DNA of 64,000 nucleotides from Lophium mytilinum (Eukaryota): NCBI GenBank assembly GCA_010093605.1, contig MU004188.1, positions 1,999,918 to 2,063,917 of the forward strand, read 5' to 3'. Shown piece by piece: positions 60,586 to 64,000 of this stretch (position 1 is its first letter; each line of letters starts with the position of its first letter). The notes under the pieces were generated by a model. It saw only the letters and a program-made list of their open reading frames with translations, ran no database searches and was not told where the DNA came from. The position numbers and the translations under genes were made by a program.

Positions 60586-61251
60586 CTATACGTGGTGGGA
60601 GGCATAGGTGCTAGAGCAGGGTGATGGAGCGCGATGGATTGTTTGAGTTCTGAAACGCTTCAATTTCACCTCCATCATCCAGAGTGTATCTCCAAGCGGA
60701 TCTTCAACCTCCTCCCCGCTCTCCGCCCCCGCTTTCAAGTGTCTCCCAAACCACTCAGGCTTCAAGACCAAGCAGAAGAGGCGCCAGAGGATAGAATCGA
60801 CGCAAAACGCCGCCATGACGAGCAGTACCTTGCGTTTGATCCCCGAGTCCGTTAACGCCTGGTACAAGAACATGGATGCCAGCAAGGCTTCTCCGACAAG
60901 CATCCGCCAGTAGACCTGGTGTCGGCTGTCTAACGCAGAGCGCGTGTTTCGGATAGCGAGAGCGTGTTGGATCGCTGACGCGATCAGGATCACCCCGATC
61001 CACTGGCTCAGTGCAATGGTGGAAGGGGCGAGGTTTGAGGAGTCGGTCACCGCGGGACCGAAGTTGAGGTGGGGAAAGAATGTGAGAAAGAAGGCGACGG
61101 TGATCTTCACGGCGGCTTCGATGGCAAGGGCGATGCGGCCGATGGTTCCTGGCGCGGAGGGGTCGATCTTGATGGGGGTAGATGTAGGTTTGGGGGTGGG
61201 ATTTAGGAGGGGGGTGGTAAGAGTGATTGGGGTGTATTTATGGGAAGCCAT
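60586..61251 (-). CDS. Hypothetical integral membrane protein (~4 TM)
   Basis: 221-aa ORF with hydrophobic helices and gene-like codon usage. The C-terminus is uncertain. Confidence 0.55.
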   Translation of the reverse strand: MASHKYTPITLTTPLLNPTPKPTSTPIKIDPSAPGTIGRIALAIEAAVKITVAFFLTFFPHLNFGPAVTDSSNLAPSTIALSQWIGVILIASAIQHALAIRNTRSALDSRHQVYWRMLVGEALLASMFLYQALTDSGIKRKVLLVMAAFCVDSILWRLFCLVLKPEWFGRHLKAGAESGEEVEDPLGDTLWMMEVKLKRFRTQTIHRAPSPCSSTYASHHV

Positions 61252-62047
61252 GTTTGGAATGATTGAAGATGTTTGATGATAAGGGAGAAATTTCTGATTT
61301 GATATACTGGAGTTTCATGGATAGAGTTCTTTTTATCTAGATGGTTCGCGGAGACGCGTATGCTCATAAGAGCGAATTGCTGCTGCCTGAGACGGCCTGA
61401 TTTAAGCTTGGGCGTGGCGTTCGCAAACATCTCCCTTTGCGAGGTGGGTAAGAACGCTAACAGATAGACAGTTGTTTAAAGAGGAAACAAGCGTTGTCCA
61501 CGTAAGCGCCGCAGTGGCTTCCCAAGTTTGCATTGAGGGAGAACTGAGCGGCGTAACGTTTGCCGCAACCATCAACCTTCCATAGACAAGCACGGAGCTC
61601 GAAGCCGAGAAGCCACGCAGACATAGATCGCTAGAGTACTTGAGATGGATGCCTGCTTAATAGGAAATTAAGAAGATGAAGAAACCGACCAATTGAATAG
61701 ATACCTTTACAGTACATGTACCCAGTGTCGTTGGATCGACCGCGGCGTCAATGTCCAAGACACTATGCTAGAAATCAGGGTGACGTATACCTTCTTCAAC
61801 TCGCTAAGATGAGATTGGTGATGTTGACGACGATGAAAAAACCTATTTCCACTTGGAGACAGATGAAGTGGAAAAGGAGAGAGGTGAGGTGGGATGAACC
61901 GGCGATTTGCCGAGTCAGTGTCGGCCCGTAATCACCGGCGGTGGCAGAACTTCTCCACTTTCTCTACGCATCATCACCACTTCCTATTGTCATTGTCACG
62001 TCAATTGCGCGTCTTCATGGCAACCCATCTCTGCACCTGGCCCCGAG

Positions 62048-62902
62048 ATGCCACCCTTTGGTATCCTGCTTCCACGACTCCTGTTCCGAACCCTCCGCAT
62101 ACCTCGACCATCCTACGCCCTCCACCACAACCTCCCTACTCGACCTTTCTGTCTCTCCCACAAGCTTGCAAACCCGCCACCAACGATCCTCAACTCTGAA
62201 GCTGTGGTCGACGTCGAGGGCTATGCACGATATGAGTTTCCAGAAATATATGACGACAGGGAAGTCTGGTTATTCGAAAACAAAACAAAATTGCGACGAC
62301 CAAAACTGCTCAAAGCTCTCACGATATCGCAACTTTTGACAACACCTATACACCATGGAGTATATATAAACCCGCGGAACGATTGGTGCGAGCGTCTGAA
62401 GCTGCTCAACCCCAACAGAGTAAAAATCGAGTATGAGATTTTACCTCTCGTAGCAAAACCTTTAGACACGATGCCGGGTAGAATTTTGCGGATGATTAAT
62501 TTCAAGGTTGAGGATAGGCCGAGAGATCATGCTAAGAGGATGCATCGCATGTACAGCTTTCTGCAAGATGGACAGCATTGCGTGGTTATCGTTCAGATGC
62601 CGACGAAAAAGTTGAATTGGGGCCCAGGCCCGGCGTTCGACTGGGTCATTGTTAATACTCCACATTTGAGGCCGGAGGTTATGATCAAGTCGATGCCGGA
62701 AGGAACAACCATGGCGATGGGTCCTTACGCAGGCTATGGCGAGATTGTGTGGGTTTTCGGGCGAGGCGAGAAGCTGAACACTAAGCAGACGCGAAGGCTA
62801 CATGAAAAGCTGCTGAGAAACGTACGCAAAGGTAAAGCTCGTTCAGAGGTGGAAAGTGTAGAAGAACGCGTGAAGAATCTCAGCTCCGGTTTCTATCGCT
62901 AG
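62048..62902 (+). CDS. Hypothetical protein with mitochondrial-type presequence, possibly mitochondrial IF3-like
   Basis: Arg/Leu-rich N-terminus lacking acidic residues. DHAKRMHRMYSFLQDGQHCVVIV loosely resembles the IF3 C-domain (weak). Confidence 0.45.
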   Translation: MPPFGILLPRLLFRTLRIPRPSYALHHNLPTRPFCLSHKLANPPPTILNSEAVVDVEGYARYEFPEIYDDREVWLFENKTKLRRPKLLKALTISQLLTTPIHHGVYINPRNDWCERLKLLNPNRVKIEYEILPLVAKPLDTMPGRILRMINFKVEDRPRDHAKRMHRMYSFLQDGQHCVVIVQMPTKKLNWGPGPAFDWVIVNTPHLRPEVMIKSMPEGTTMAMGPYAGYGEIVWVFGRGEKLNTKQTRRLHEKLLRNVRKGKARSEVESVEERVKNLSSGFYR

Positions 62903-63563
62903 GTGCTCGTAGGGGGTTATAGTCACGTTTAATTGCATCGTATCGAGGCCGACAACTATCGCCCGAAGAAACATACACACTTTACTCACGGACGGTCTCC
63001 CCAATCTGCATATCTCGGGTAGCAAGGTTTTCAACTTGCTATGGTGTATTTCATCTGTCTTACATACATATGTTCGATTTTACCGCAGGGTCGGCCCTAG
63101 TAATTGGTTATACGAATGGCGGTTAGTCCGATTACCAATGTCCTTCGGGCACGGGCCTCCGGGCGAACAGCCTCTGCAGCGACTTGGCTCCAAGAGGCAC
63201 AGGTACCTGCCTAACTCTCATTCGTATAAGAAAGATGGCACGGTGTATAGCTTCATAATCAGTGCGAAGGAAGTTTTATAACCGGACGAAAGCTTCGACT
63301 ACGAGTGAGCGACCCAATTGGTCCGCTTACCAGATATGAGCAGAGACTACTAGATCGATCAATGAAAGCATTATCAACCATCATCGTTTCTAAGCAAATG
63401 CGCAATGGCGGTACGTAAGTAGGTATGTTCAAAGTGGTCGGTAATGCAAATTTCTCAATGTGATATAAAACCTTAGTCTCTTGCCTTGAGCATATCCAAC
63501 ACACGAACACGTCTCCCCATCTTTTCTATTTCTTCAACATAAAGCCCTCTCGTTGCCCCCAAT

Positions 63564-64000
63564 ATGCGGTCACCCAGCTACCTCCTCTCGCTCTTCTCCC
63601 TCCGTGCTATTACTCTGACACTCGCCCACAACTCTTCGAACCCCCTCCTAGACACAGGCGCCAACCTAACCTTCGCCCTTCCAACCCACCCCGTCTACAC
63701 CTTCCCCGTCGGAACATGGATCGAGAACCTCGCGGTACGCGCCAACGGGAAAATCCTCGCCACCGACGACTCGCTCCCGCGCGTGTACCAAATCGACCCT
63801 TTATCCCCTCACACTCCCGCGATCCTCCTCCACGAGTTCACAGACACCGCTTCTATCCTCGGCATTGTCGAAACCATCCCGGACGTCTTCTACGTCTGCA
63901 CCGCCAACTACTCCTCCGCCAAATTAGAAGGCTACGGGCAGGCGTACATCTACAAACTCGACATGCGGCCTTTCTCACCTTCTATCCCCAGCTCTGCCGC
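63564..64000 (+). CDS. Second SMP-30/gluconolactonase-like secreted protein, truncated by window end
   Basis: Signal peptide, then VYTFPVGTWIENLAVRANG..ILGIVE, matching TWIENIAARADG..LLGITE of 15242-16261. Confidence 0.75.
   Translation, partial: MRSPSYLLSLFSLRAITLTLAHNSSNPLLDTGANLTFALPTHPVYTFPVGTWIENLAVRANGKILATDDSLPRVYQIDPLSPHTPAILLHEFTDTASILGIVETIPDVFYVCTANYSSAKLEGYGQAYIYKLDMRPFSPSIPSSA

Noticed and set aside
60069..60605. 178-aa minus-strand ORF
   Set aside because: Low-complexity sequence with no motif. It may be a chance ORF or UTR.

Overview
Eukaryotic DNA from a filamentous ascomycete. Genes carry spliceosomal introns (GT/GC-AG, CTRAC branch points), and one repeat shows RIP-type mutation. 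The flanks hold mostly housekeeping or ordinary genes: DNA polymerase lambda, SmF, an RTP1/TANGO6-like gene, SYN8, coactosin, a TRAF-like RING protein, a GT69 mannosyltransferase and oxidoreductases. The centre (about 22.3-35.1 kb) is a compact putative programmed-cell-death/immunity locus. It comprises a fungal gasdermin, a large subtilisin (S8) protease with an intact D/H/S triad, and, head-to-head 200 bp away, a ~1900-aa helical/C2H2-kinase-HET protein. The kinase-to-HET linker of that protein appears to be encoded by five phase-0 micro-exons (3, 3, 9, 3 and 3 nt). Copies of one TA-flanked MITE family lie in and around the locus, which is followed by a Zn2Cys6 TF/MFS transporter divergent pair. 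Two genes carry single in-frame TAG codons. All exon models were read by eye and no database searches were run.
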